NCBI GenBank assembly: GCA_000708835.1
Contig: DF237080.1
Coordinates: forward strand, 62,001-126,000
Direction: 5' to 3'
Length of the DNA stretch: 64,000 bases
Origin: Klebsormidium nitens
Taxonomy: Eukaryota; Plantae; Klebsormidiophyceae
Positions 24,001 to 37,747 of this stretch are shown piece by piece. A program made the translations under genes and the position numbers. The number at the start of each line of letters is the position of its first letter. Position 1 is the first letter of the stretch. Under the pieces are notes generated by a model. It saw only the letters and a list, made by a program, of their open reading frames with translations, searched no databases and was not told the DNA's origin.

Positions 24001-26400
24001 TGTTTAGCTGCACTCCAATTTTCGACAAGAAGCTCTTCCGCCTTTTCCGTCATGAGCAGTTCCGCTCGTTTTTTGTGAAAGAACCATAAGACCGGTAACT
24101 CATACGACAAGTTTTCAGGTGCTGGGATGTGGTGACGTATAATCCGTTGCGCTGAAGATGCTCGATTCCATGGATTCATCTGTTTGGCAGAACGCTCGCG
24201 GCACGTTCCGTCCGTGCCGACTGCAGCCTTTCGATCACATAGCTTATGATCCTCATTATCCGCTTATGCAGACCAGTGGATGGGCGGCACAATTGACGAC
24301 CAGCTGGCCTTCCTTGCCAACTGGACGCGGGGCCACGTGTACGTAAGTGACTGGCTCCTGAGCTACCGCCAGCACAGGATGTTCTGCTGCTAACCCGGCT
24401 CAGTAACCAGCCCTGAGTCTGGTGATTAATAGCCGGGCTCCACCGGTTTTAAACATTGTCGTCAAATCCGAATCTGGTTATTGTACACAGAACCAGCTGG
24501 TAACCCAGCCCGTAGCCGATCAGGGTTAACCGGTCAAAATCGTGTCCATGACGAGCTCGTTGCCGTGTGTGAAATCTGGGAAAAGAAGCGTTGGGCTGGC
24601 AGGTCGGTCGAGGTCTTGCGCTTCTTCGTTTGCCCTCTGACATTTCTTCGTATCAAAATCGTGAGGGTGAATGCTGTCCGGTTTTTAAAGATTGGGCGCT
24701 GATCGTCCGGAAGGTCTTAGGTTTTGGTCAAGGAAAACCTTTCTGATCCGCGATTGAGACTTTCAAGTTAGGCTCGAACCCGCAAGCAAGCGTGCCGACG
24801 CAGATGAGCTCGTATACGGCGCTGCCAAAATGAGGACGTGCGTTTTGCGGCGACCAAGAAAGCTTCGTTCACGTTTCGTAGTCGCCGATGCCCTTGGTCA
24901 GATTAAGCTCTTTTTTCTTTTGACCATCTGCAGGACGGGAGCGCTGACCGGCTGAACAAACCGGTGGTTATGGGCGAATTTGGGGCTCCGATGTCGTCTC
25001 AGGTGAGTCACGAAAGCGATGCTGCGCGCGCAGGACCGCCCAATCAAACCGGAAGAGAAGAGCTCCGCTCCCTCAATGGATTCCACACACGAATCAATCA
25101 GTAATCTGGTAAAGGCTGTTAATTACAAAGCTCGTAATCACGAGGCCACGCATAGATGCACTAGATCGATCTCGCAATAAGTAACCGCAACGCAATGTCC
25201 TCAGAGATGCCCATCCAAGTTATGACTTTTGTCTCTTCAAACGCTCTATGTCTCTCGAGTCGGAAAGTCGATCCCAGCAAGCTCAAGGCCTTTGGGATTT
25301 ATTATGCTCCCATAATGCTTTAAGGATACAATGTTCACTCTTGGCGATTGGCTGAGTGTCAATTCAACATCAAAGCGAATGGCTGACATCAACACGATTT
25401 CTGACACGAGTGTGCAGAGGACGCAAGACGAGTTCTCGAACCGGAACCGGTTCTTCCAGATCGTGTATCAGTCGGTGCTGAACGGTGGCGCAAACGCGGG
25501 CGTGATCTTCTGGCAACTGAACGTCGCTCAGAACGGTGAGATAACTCCGGTGACTTCACAGCCGAGTGACTTCAGTTAGAGGCCCGAGGGACCGCCCGGG
25601 TGGGGTTAGCTTGTAGGGTTAGGGTGGGCTGGGGTGCGAAGGGCTTAATAATTTGGGTTAGGTTTTCAATGGGTTTGCTCGGGACCAGGAATATCAAGTC
25701 ATTCCGCGGTTAAGTCATCTCTCATCTACCGGTATGGTGAGACATATCTTCAAGCTTGAGGATACTAGCATAAAGCAACTCAATTGAATTGAAGGAGATG
25801 GATTTTTCATCGCGTGATACTGCCCCTCGGTCAATCTCAGATTTTGGGGATCAGAACTTCGACATTCAGTGGGATAAACGCGCTGTTTGAGCATAGCGCT
25901 GACCCCTTATAGCGCCAGGGCGCCGTGAATAGCTGCTCTTGTTCAAAAATGAGCTCCGCCGATACGTCAAAATCTGCTGCAGCGCTGCCGTAAAAATCGT
26001 AAGAAAAACACAAAGCCTTTCCTGTGACGCCAATAAAACTTCCAGATGTATGTCTTCCCTTGACCCCAAAGCAGCCGATCGTCGTGACAACCAACGGGCT
26101 TCGCTTACTGAACCCTTGGGGTAGTGTCTACGAATGTCCTCGAAAGAGCACAGCAGACACCTGCCTACATCGCTCCGTTCGTTCTGAATCCAAGCCTTAA
26201 AAGCCTTTTGACTGACCAAATGCGCCCTTGCCGCCGGCGGAAGCGCCATGGATCTGTCACCTAACACTCCGCTACGATTTCCTCCTTTCGCAGTCCCCCA
26301 GTCCCCCAACAAGTACGCAGTCTACTGCCCCGCCGACTCCTCGACGGTCAACATCATCTCACAGCAAAGCGCAGCGGTCAGAGGGCGCCGTTGTAAGTAG
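18053..26400 (+). CDS. MAN: GH5 subfamily 7 endo-1,4-beta-mannanase, copy 1, 15 exons, ~411 aa
   Basis: Exons 18053-18240, 18950-19042, 19743-19880, 20309-20322, 20979-21034, 21670-21710, 22057-22124, 22397-22464, 22810-22891, 23263-23298, 23760-23846, 24272-24342, 24934-25002, 25418-25535, 26294-26400. An alternative is a donor at 26393 with the stop split T|GA at 26714. Signal peptide; motifs [17 protein letters not shown] (acid/base), [16 protein letters not shown] (nucleophile), IFWQL. Confidence 0.93.
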
Positions 26401-28580
26401 CGCCCCAAATCTCAGCGCGCGTCACTTGGCGCGGCCGCGAGAGAGTGCGCGCGCCCACCTTCTTGTTGGATGCTATGTGAAGAAAACAGTACGTGCTGGC
26501 TCGAGGGTATGGTTTAATACCGAGTTCGCATGGTGCTAAAGGACCAACATTTCTCACAAGGAGGAAATGAAGTGGCTCATTCAGATACGGAGGCGGTGTG
26601 AAAGTTGGACAATTCTCCCGAGGCTAGATATGGTCCTCCGCTCCTGAATCAAGCTGTCGTCGCTTCTTAGTTTCGAACCCTGTTTGGACTTGATGCTTTT
26701 GTTTTTCTTGCAGGAGTGCTGGGGGAAAAAAGACGGCGATTATCATACTCACCTTGTCACCTTTTAGAGGAATTTGTTGCTCGATGCCGCATCGAAGTTG
26801 ACAAGTAAAGTAAATAAGTTATATGTGCCCAAAGTTAGTGGCATGTCTGTTTATACGTGATGCTTCTGTGCCGTTTGTAAATCACTGTGAGAACCTGGTA
26901 TATTATATAGGGGCGACGGAGGTCAAAGTACAATGTATAGCATAGCTGCAAGGAGCAGATAAATTATAATGTTCTAAGATAAAGAATGCTTTAGATAGTA
27001 ATCATATTCACCAAAAGAGGATCTATCGGGCGTCGTCCTGAGATGAACAATAAAGACTAGGCCGGTTTTTGACAGTGAAATTCACGAGCCGCTGCGGCGG
27101 TCTACGCTCTCTCTAGAGCTCATCGAGACCGAAGCTGGTACTAAAAGTGTTTTTAAGCATCAGATTTATTGAGAGGAACGCACTTTTGCAACACATTCGT
27201 GAGTGTGCTTTTCAGGTTTTAAGAGTGCATTGACATGAAGTTATGATCAGCAAATGTCGATGTCATGTCATCGATCCTAAAATCAGAGGCTCATGCTATA
27301 GCTAGTACAGCCTCGAGCCCATTCACCTGATCATGCACCCTGAACCGATCTTAGCTGATCAAACCTTTATGACGCGCTTTCTGATCGCAGAGACTTCAGT
27401 CAACATACGTTTCATACGTTACAAGTTCGGCGCTGGGTTGTGGAAACGCGCGGCCGCCCGGCCGGCCCGCGGGTGCCGTGACTTGAATGCGGGCGCGAAT
27501 CGGCCGGCCAGCTCCGTGCCGCGTGCGCGGAAGAAGCAATCATTGCCATGTCAGGTCGCGGCCTTCCCTGACCGTCGGATCGGTTACCGGTTCGGTGGTC
27601 GAGTTGGTGAGCACGATGTTGATCGGTTGATTCTTCCACGTGGATCACATGATCAATCATTGCATCGATCAGCACAGGCAACTTGCGGGCCGCCTGTGTC
27701 AGGCTAGCGGGACGCGCAAAAAGTCGGCCCCAGGCAGCCCAGAAGTATCCAGCTGCTCCCATCGGGAAATTAGCTCTTGTTGCTGCATTCGGCAGGTCTA
27801 CCGGCCGCCTGGTCCCACCAATCCGTGTCATTAGCTGCACTCAGCTGTGACAAGTTGATTCAGCCCTTAGCGATGCGATGCTGACACATACGTTCGAAAA
27901 GTGTTTGCATGCCTAAACAAGGAGCACGTCAAACTGCGCCGGATCAATGGGGCGCGCTTCTAGCCAGAAACTTAGTGCTGTTGGTTTGGAAATTCATTCT
28001 AATCCTTATCAGAGCTGGCCAGCTGTGCACACCTCAGTTGTGACTGCTCATTGCAGGCGTGCTTGATTCCGAATCCGGTGGTTTGAGTAGTAAGCTTCAC
28101 GACGCTGCTCAGCTCAGCATGACGTCACTTGGGCACGCGGCATACTCAGAATGGCCACCACACCAGTCTTCTCGCCGGCATTCCAGGGATGTAGCGTCAT
28201 ATTCACACACGTTAATCTGGCTCAAAGCAAATGCCGTCAGCTACACAGTACGGCTGCGAACCTGTTAGGCAGCGTCTCCCTCCAGAACGTTGCCATTGAA
28301 GCAGTCTCCAACAGTGCTCAGTGCTTCACTCTGCGAATCAATTGGCTAGCAAATCAGACCCTATACTCTCGGGCCTTCCTCGTCGCATTGCTCATAAACT
28401 CCCTCTGCGTCTGATGAATTGGCACAGAAAACAGATATAATACTCTCGGGCCGTCCTCGCTGATTCGCCCACAAACTAAAGCAGAAGCCTCGGAATAAAA
28501 GCCTTGCAGCCGCACCACCGAAACCAGCTTCTTGGTGCTGCATCCCAGTCTAGTTGCCAAGATCTCCCCGTTCCTTAAGA

Positions 28581-31500
28581 ATGGGGACTGCTGCTGTGCG
28601 TCTCGATCGGACGGCTCTGCTCTTACTGGGCTGCGCTCTGCTGTCCGTCTGGGCGGGTTCCGCCGCAGCGGACCTGGCGATGGTCACCCGCAGCGGAAGG
28701 ACCTTCTACGCCGGGTCCAGCAAGTTTGTTGTCCACGGAGGCAACTTTTTTCCGGCGTGAGGAGTTCAATTTCATTTTCCTTCTGGCCTCAAAACCGTGC
28801 GATGAGCTTTCTAAGGCAGATCGATGCTCTGCTTATGGCCCAAGACGGGAATCGTTCTTCATAGTCCGAAATCTCTTTTTAAAAATGCGGTTTGAATTGC
28901 GCGTTGCTCCGTATGCCAGCTTAAAAGAAGAGGCTTGATCAGAACCACTAGGAAACACTATGCGAGGCTTTTCACAGCAAGATGGACACGTTTTCGGGCC
29001 CTTGAGGTTTCTCATGGGATCTCCTTTGGCATCAATCTTGTTGGTTTCGAGTTGTCGATATTGATAGGACGGACTTGTCGCTAAGCAGATGCAGGATGTT
29101 GCATCAAGCGTTCAGCATTCATAAGTTGCTGCTGAGCGAACGAATCACCTTCGATTGCGAAAGGACGCATCTCAAGCTTTCAAATTTGTACCGTAGGCGT
29201 TCTTCGATGGCCTGCGGCCTCTCTTCCAAACTGTTACCTCGGATGAAATGTTCATAGGATGCCCGCTTGTCTTGAATCTTTCGCTTATTCAAAGCTCCAA
29301 GCCCGGCACCTCTGCGGACACAAACTCCGGGCCCTAACATAATCTGATCCAAACCCTCAAAAAGTATTATTCCACTTGATTCTAAGCCCACGGGGTGCCT
29401 TCCTAAACGGAACGGAAACGGAACCTATGCCTTCCCTTTCCGCAGGATGATGGTTTGTTCCTACGGAGACCGCGCGCAGGTGTCCAACGTGCTGACGTCA
29501 GCAGCCAGCCTCGGCCTCAACGTTCTGCGGACCTGGTCAGTTGGTTTCCTGCTTAACCCGCATCTTGTCGATGTGGTCTGTTGGTTTCTTCTTGACCCAA
29601 ATCTGGTTGACCCTCTCTCAATTTTGGGTTCCAGCAAGAGATTTGCAGAGAATCTTTCTCGTTTAAGCCGTTAAATTTCTCAGTGGCTCTGGGATGCTGA
29701 TGGAAGATTTGGGCAAGGCAAGAGCACTTTGACAACGTCTCAAAAAGAAATAGTTTGGTAGCGTCTAAAGAAGCGATCCGGGTAATAAAACAAATAGAGG
29801 ATCTGGCATCCATCTGTAGTACATATTATGCCTCTTTGGGCAAGACCATATCAGCTAGCGCTCCTCTAGTTCAGAATTTAGCCAAGTAATTAAATGCGAG
29901 CTTCTAGTCATTCACTACCTACATCACTTCCACGTTCTCCTCTTCAACGTTTGCGAGCTGATTGACCGTTCCCGAAGACCGCCCAACATGTGAATTTGGG
30001 TCATGTGAAGTGTCAGCGTTGTATTCGGGCCTTTGCTCCGCCCACCTTGCGCGCGCTAATTCCCAAGGCGGAAGCCTGACGGCTTCCGTTACCGTTCCGT
30101 TCCGCCAGGGCCTTCTCGGACGGTCCCGGAAAGCTTCAGACGGCGCCCGGACAGTTCAACGAGCAGACGTTTCGGTGCCTCGACTTCGTCATTGCGGAAG
30201 CGGCCAAGAACAACATCCGGGTCATTCTTCCCTTCGTCAACAACTGGTAATAGTGGACTCCCTTTTCGTAGCAGACCTTCCGCGCAAAGCCGCTCCCTTT
30301 TGAAAACAAGTCTGTGACGAACATTCGCTGATGGACACTGAAGTTTTCGCCTTGAGGCCGCGTCACCACTCCTTCGAAATGACTGCTCGTAGGCCGCAAG
30401 AGTCGCATCTGCGATGGATCTTAATGGTCTCCTTGAACGAAAATGAGGGCGCTTGTGTGAAGCACAGACGCTCGTCAGAAGACGTGCTCTGTTTTTTGAA
30501 TCCTCCTGGCGACGCTGACGTGTCCGCAAGAGGAAACCGCCTTTGCTCATCGACATTTGATGTCAACAATCTGCTTGCATATGGGTGCGCTGCGTTCCAG
30601 AAGAGAGGCTTGACATTTGCTGCCTTTGTTTGCAGGAACGCATACGGAGGTGAGATAATGAGTCCAGGGCCATGTCGCCGAATTCATTTCAATTATCTAG
30701 TTCAGCTCTTTTCATGTGGGTCAGCCGTGTTAGCCGTGTGATCCAAACATCCGAAGCTCCAAATGTTCGTGTAACATACTTCCGACAATCTCCTTGCCGA
30801 CATGTAACCATGGAAGGGCTGCCGTCTGGTTCGTTCTTGCCTATACTGCAGGAAAGGCGCAGTACGTTGCGTGGAGCAAGCAAGCAGGGAGCCCGTCGTC
30901 ACAACCGGTGGGTGATCAAACCTTTACGGGGATTATCAGCAAGTTGTTTAGATCCAAAGCCACTTCTTTCCTGTTGTGATTCCGAAATTCATACCCACAT
31001 AGGCTCTTTGGCATACCAGAACACGTTATGGGGCTTGATCATATAGACAGTTGCGCGTATCCTTACCGTTCTTTCTTACTTGCAGGATGATTTCTACACG
31101 GATGCCAACACGCGCGCGTACTACAAGTGAGCGCGACGGCGCGCGGCCGCGGCGCGAGCGCCCCCGCCAGGAACTAGATAGACTCGTTTACGCTGCCAAG
31201 CACAGCTCTCGCAACGAAAGCAATGCTTGCTTGAAGTGAAAGCACGGCGCTAAGGTGCCGCTTCGTATTGGTCTCTGTGCAATTTACTCCTCACGAACAG
31301 AGCGTTCATTGTCGAGGTTGCTCGTTCCTGAGTGAAGCAGAATAAAAGCACCCGGCTGATTCCCTGCGGTCATAAGCTGACTCGCACCCCGCTTTTGCTT
31401 TGCAGAAAGTTCGTAGCCACGCTGCTGAACCGCCGCAACACCATCACGGGGAAGGTCTACAAAGACGATCCAGGTCCACAACTCTGGACATTATCAATTT

Positions 31501-34500
31501 TGTATGTTTTCAAGACTTGCATCCGATAGCTGCTGGACAGCAATAAGATTTGCGAGTATGCAAAGAGTGCGTCTCTCGATTCTCGTCTTCCCCCGTTACC
31601 CGTTTCCTTCTTCTTTTCTGAACTGGGCTGGCGTACAGCTTGTCAGTAGTTTGAGCGAAAAGGCTTGATTGTCTGGACTCCGTCGCTCATCAAACCCTGT
31701 TAACGTTCCTCATATGCGCGCAGCAATCTTTGGTTGGGAGCTCATGAACGAGCCCAGGTGCGAGTCGGACCCGTCCGGAAACACGCTTCAGGTGGGTGAC
31801 GTCAGAATGATGACCTACGATGACCCAGGATGTCTAACGTCAGTGAACAGCTTCGACTGGGAACCTTCGACTGCGCCGAAAGAGAAGTCCATCGAGCACT
31901 CAGGTCATCCAATTTTGTTGCACTTTTTTCCTTCCTGTAAACCAACTTTCAATCGTCTACGACAAAAATTCAACTGAAATCTCAACGGCTGTGACATAGG
32001 CCTGTCCGAAACTTTACGCAACTCCACCATTACCTTCAACCGGATTCCTGCTTGACTGAGGTGTCAATTTTTAAGGGCCAATGGTTTATTCTGGGCATGA
32101 ACGGAGTTGGGACCGTTCGATTCAATTGAATACGCGCTTCATGATTAAGCTCAGCACCTAGCTCGGTAGAAACGATGATTCAGAAGGCTATCGAAATTCT
32201 GAAGTTACGTCATCCAGAAGCTTTTCCACGCGCCCTCTTACGGTTTGCGTACGACTCTTTGGTCGCAGAATTGGATCCAGGAGATGGCGCCGTATGTCAA
32301 GAGCATCGACAGCAAGCACTTGCTCACGATCGGCTCTGAAGGTTTTTACGGTCCGTTTACTGCATCCCTCTCTTTCGTCCATTGGAAAGACTCTATTCGC
32401 TTTGCAGTAGACGTAGTGCTTCTTTCATGCTTGAGGCACCGACGAATACAGTCTCAGGCGAAGCTTGTAGGGAGGTGCGATTGATAGAAAGTTTCGGTGT
32501 ACGCTTGATCGAGCAGACCCACAGTGGCGCCGAACCTTCTTGGCAATGTCTGGACCATTACCGCCTTGAAACGTCACCTTGGAGCAGGGGCTAGACTGGC
32601 GCATAGGCGTTTGACACTAAGTCGTCGTTGCTGTTATCAAACTTTGGCGGCCGAATTCTGAGTTTTCTTTCAGACGGATGTGCTTGATGAGCCTCAAAAA
32701 TCTTCCTGTCCGTGTTCAGGTCCTTCGAGTACCGCCAGATATTTCCTCAACCCAGGTGCGGACCCAAAGTTTTCCATCCATCAAATCTTATACCATCCAC
32801 TTATGTGAAAGACCGGTTTGCTAAAACACCGCACTTCGTACACGCGCCAAATGCTGACTCAGAAGGCTTTGTTAAAATCTTTCAGAGTTGCAATCTGCCT
32901 GTCTTTCCACTTCACACCTACTTTTGATTTCAGCTCTCATGCATTGCATCCGAGCTCTCTTCGATCTCGTCGCTCAAACCTCTCTTCGAGCTCTCAAAGC
33001 ATCATCCTAAAATCTCAAAAACTTGACCCACAGTAATCGTTGAGAGCTGAATGTTTGCATCTCGCCTGTGGCGTGAGAAATGGACGGGTAGAGAACGTCG
33101 CAATTCGAACTGACGACTGAAGGTCTCGGAAGTGAATCACATTTCTGTCTCAAGCTAAATAATTCCGTCTTCCGCCCGCAGGCAGCTGGGCCTCCAACAC
33201 CGGAAGCGACTTCATGCGGAATCACAGGGTGGACCAGATCGACTACCTCTCCATGCACTTTTACGCCGGTAAGGACTGCTATCGACTGCACGAAGAAACT
33301 TTGCAAATCTCGAACCATATTTCAGAAGCCTCGTCTAGAAGTGATGCGGGGAGCGTTTACAGGAAGAGCCGAGTTTCTAGCAGTCACGGAATTCAACCCC
33401 AAGAATAGACCGCCCACCCTCGAGACAGATAAAAGGTTTCAAAAACATGTTGGCTTCTGAGATTCAAACTTCGAAACTTTTGGGCAGATCTGGCCGCCGC
33501 AACTTCTCATTAGTCTTTTTTGGGAGCTGAGAAACCCTTAAGGATGCGCTAGATCATTAATATTACCATTGAGTATTGTGGAATCACAAGATCTTTCGAA
33601 CGCATCGAAAAGAAGGGCTCCTCTTCGTGGAGAAGAAGCATTATCCTGCGCGTTTAAGCTCGTCCTGAAGTTCTCGTTCTCGGGAAAGTGGCAAAGAAAC
33701 CTTCGTTGGACTAAAGAGAAGTACTTAACCTTTTTCAAGTACTAATATATTCAGCGGTGCTGTTTTGTGCTGTGCAGACCAATGGATAGGCGGCACAGTG
33801 GACGACAAGTACAACTTTCAGGTCAACTGGGTGCGGGGACACGTATACGTAAGCGACCGCTAGAGACTTTCTGCTCAAATCAGATTCTCCACTCAATCAA
33901 CTTCAGATACATAAACGGTCAAAGATTCGAATCGGGTGAACTTCCGTGCAATTCACGATCTCGATTCCTTCTTTGCACTTCTGATCATAAAAGTGGCTCC
34001 CGTCCTTTGAAAAAATGGAACTGATGGTTGAGATTCGTGATCTAAACACCGCCCCAACGACTGATTGCTTTTCATTGTATTTGTCCAGGATGGAAGCGCA
34101 ACGCGCCTCAACAAGCCAGTCGTTCTGGGCGAGTTCGGCTATCCCATCTCCGCGCAGGTAAGAATGCACGAGTATAGCTCTTGTTGCTGACCAACAGTTC
34201 GTGTTGATTACGCTCGAGTCAATCGAAGATCGCGCTGTGCGCTCGACGCTTCATCACGGTCGCCATCTTTGCCGTCATGAGAAAGTCGTTTTGTTAAGGC
34301 TCGAATCAGCCGAAAACCAGGTTTGTGCGCTCAATGCTTAACTATGGGACTCGATCTCTATCGCGATGAGAGAAATACAAGGCGCCTCCGCTTGGAATCT
34401 GAAGTGCTGTGCCGCTTTCAATTATCCTGGCTGTCAAACTTACGGGTATCTGTCCTCAAAGCTGCTCACTTGGACCTTTGCCTTGTGTTTTAGCTCGCTA

Positions 34501-35722
34501 ATCGCTTCCACGGCCGGCAAATGAGTCCGGAACCGGCGCTCACCAACGAACTGGCGCCCGTTGAATATCGTTTTCTGAAGGCTTGCAAAGCCGTCTCGCC
34601 TTCACTACGATCCAATGCATCCTTCATGAGGTGGAGAGTCGTTCGAACTCTGCACCTTACCCATGTCTTCTTTAAGGCACCTCCCGGAACACCGGCCCCA
34701 GGAACTGACGTCAGCCCACCCCCCACAATGATTGCAGCGGCAGCCTAGCGAGTTCGTGGACCGCAACCGCTTCTTCCAGTCCGTCTACCAGTCGGTGCTG
34801 ACGTCAGCGCAGACGGGTGGCGCCTTCGGCGGGGCTCTGTACTGGCAGCTCGGCCTCAATCAATACCGTGAGCTCCGGACACGAGTCATTCATTGTATAC
34901 CAGATTGCAGCATCCAAATTTTGGAGGTTTGATCATGGGCAGTATAGAGTCTCTGAAACTACAACGATTCAGAATCCCCAGTATACGTTTGCACGATTCT
35001 CCTTTGCAATATCAAAATTTGTGATGCGTGAGTAAGCGGGAATTACTCCACTCGTCAACTGCTGCAGGTCAGGTGGCGCCAATAAAATGCCTGCATTAAA
35101 GGATCGCTGGTAGATTGGATTCGAGGGGATCACAAAAACTGCTGGATTCTTACGTCCACAGCCTGAGCGTGAATCCAACCCTGCAGTTCCTCTCGAACTG
35201 AATAAGTCCACTGTTCACCAAAATGGGTTGCGCAATTTTTCTGATCTGTCGTTTCAAGTAGGCACGCTCTCTAAGGAGTGCTTGTCAGAGCCTTAAAATA
35301 AACCGACCTTCCCAATCGCGCGAAGCCTTCCATACTCTGACAGCAAGCTTGCCCTTCCTTTCCGCAGAGACCAGCCCGCCCAACACGTACACGGTCTACA
35401 GCCCGTCTGACGTGTCAACCCTGGGCCTCATCTCCAGCCAGAGCGCGTCTCTCAAGAGCGCCCGTAAGTCAGAGACTCCCTTGCCTTCTTTCTTTGCATT
35501 CCGCGTTGAGTTGACTGACTGAGAAACGGAAGGGCATCTGGCCGCCGCGGCCGCGGCCGCGCCGAGCCGCGCGCGCTTTTTCTGCTACGGAATGCGAAGT
35601 GCGCGCGCACCTAGGGGCGTTGCTTACAGAGGGGAAGTCGCATTTACCTCCGATGAGTGCATATTCAAAGAAGCTCTGCTGCCCTGACATGTTTTCCAGC
35701 TTTGAGTCCCAGCACCTATTAA
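28581..35722 (+). CDS. MAN: GH5 subfamily 7 endo-1,4-beta-mannanase, copy 2, 15-16 exons, ~414 aa
   Basis: Exons 28581-28756, 29446-29535, 30109-30246, 30636-30649, 30852-30907, 31086-31126, 31406-31473, 31724-31791, 32269-32350, 32720-32755, 33182-33268, 33778-33848, 34089-34157, 34738-34867, 35368-35463, and a tentative last exon 35700-35722 (unspliced alternative stop at 35522). Signal peptide; [23 protein letters not shown]. Confidence 0.92.
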
Positions 35723-37747
35723 GAGTCCTTTGAAACAACTCGGAGTTGTTGAGAGGGCTTCAAGTAGGCATGCAGCTTTTTGTGGGGGCCGGCCATATTC
35801 AGCCTTCTGAAGCTCTCGTACGGCCTAGATCGGAACTTCGCGGCAGTTGGAAGCTTGTCCTGGCGAGCAAATGAAGTGGTTTGAGTCCAACGGCTTACAT
35901 GATTAAGCGTACCATGCATGGTAGTTTTGAATGTGATGCCGAGTAGTGATGAGTGACAAAAGCACCGTTGTATCTCCCTAAACAAAGTCTTGACATGTAG
36001 ATCAGAGATGACGTCAACAGGCTCTAAGCGACTGAGATCCAACTGAGAGCAATCTCAGAAGAGAGAAGTTCGGCCGGTTTTCAAACCTTTTCAAACTCAG
36101 CGACTCTTGTGCACTGCAGTTGGGCAGCAGTAGACGTTGATGTCGGAGGACGGGGAGACTTGCAGAATACTCACCGCAACTGCGAAAACCTTCGTTACCG
36201 GGATTGGCGATCAACCGAGTCCTGCCTGGGCTTATTATATGTTTACCATTTATGCGTTGAAGGCCAGGTTATGTATGTAGGCTCATAATAGGTGGATCAA
36301 GATCCTCAAGGACGGAGCCAGGTGCGCTAAACCCCATTCTTCTGGAAAATTTCCGCTGATTAGCCATCGCTGGTCTCAGTGGGAAGGTCGAAAGGCATTA
36401 CCATTTTTCACATAGTTTCTGAAAGAGAGCACGGGGAAGAACGCCCGGAGGGACGGGTTCACAGATCAGGAGGAGCAGGTATTCTTTGTAGTGTTCGAAG
36501 TAGGAAACTGAATTCAGCAGATATTCTTCGCGTTGTTTGATCAAGGACATCGAAGCAAGGCCAGATCTGCGCCAAGCTGGCCTGGGTTAGTGGATCAGAT
36601 CAGGCCCTTGAACGTTAGCAATTACGTACTGCAGCGATAGGTAGTTATAACCGACTGTCACCGAATAGGGACTAGGACAACTTAGACGATTGGCCGCATA
36701 CGAGAGCGGTTCTTCGCGCCATATAGATTGCAAATCATCGATGCATCAAGCCACTTTGCCGGAATAAAGACATTCTTGCATGGCAGCTTTGAAGCTGACG
36801 GTCGTACTACGTACTGCTGACGTATACAAGGGCCGCCCGGCCAGCTAGCAGGCTCTACTCTCTTAGCTCAGGATGGTCATCTGCAGTGACTTCGGCCATG
36901 CAGTGCGCAGCCACTGTGATATGAGACCGCTGAGACTGAGAGAAGACACGGCACCAGAGCTAGCTAGCTCTAAACGATCAATTGAGTCTTTTATCCTAAG
37001 GCGACGACAATTGAGGCCATCATGTGAGCCCCTTCATTTCTTATATATAGTCGCGATTAATTTGACATACTATGGATTGAACTTATATTACTATACATGA
37101 TTCAATCTGCACTGATCCGTTCCCAATCTCCCTACTGTAGGCAAGACGTGGCACCTTTTGAGTCCTAGGGTACAAAAACCTTGGCCGCCGCCGGGGCGAT
37201 ATGCATACGGCAATATTGCCGTATATACTCACGTATGGAACTGATTCTCGATAGATTTAAAGCGCATCAACTTGCTGAGAGCATGCGGAAATGCACTGGC
37301 GCTAGGGGCCTTCCTGGGATTGAACAGGCGGTCTTACGGGGACTGCAGCAGTTTCGATCACCTTCTAGAAAGTCGACACTGCCGTTAATCCCGACGAGTA
37401 AAATCTCGGTCGCGTCTAGGTGACGAGGCCTTTGAAGCGAACCAGTCCTTAAAGAGGGCGTGGCGATACGACAAAATCGCAGCGACAATAAGAGTGAGAC
37501 TACTGGCATTGGGTCGCTAAGATGGTACCACGTGGTCATCAGCTGATGTCATTTCTTGGCGACAATCGACCTTATACTCCGGGTTGTATGTCGCTCTTGA
37601 CGTCACTGCGGATGCATCCGCCAACGCCCTCTTTAAGACAAAACTTCAAACGCGACAGATCTTTTCCTCCCAAAACTCAATGCCGATTACAGTTCGCAGC
37701 TTACACCCGAATATTCGCTCTCGCAACTAACCAACTATTCAAATTGT

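Noticed and set aside
25841-25890. Apparent terminal exon of mannanase 1 ([16 protein letters not shown]), implying a truncated enzyme
   Set aside because: Exon 26294-26400 ([25 protein letters not shown]) has the right phase and aligns to exon 15 of mannanase 2, so the gene is full length.
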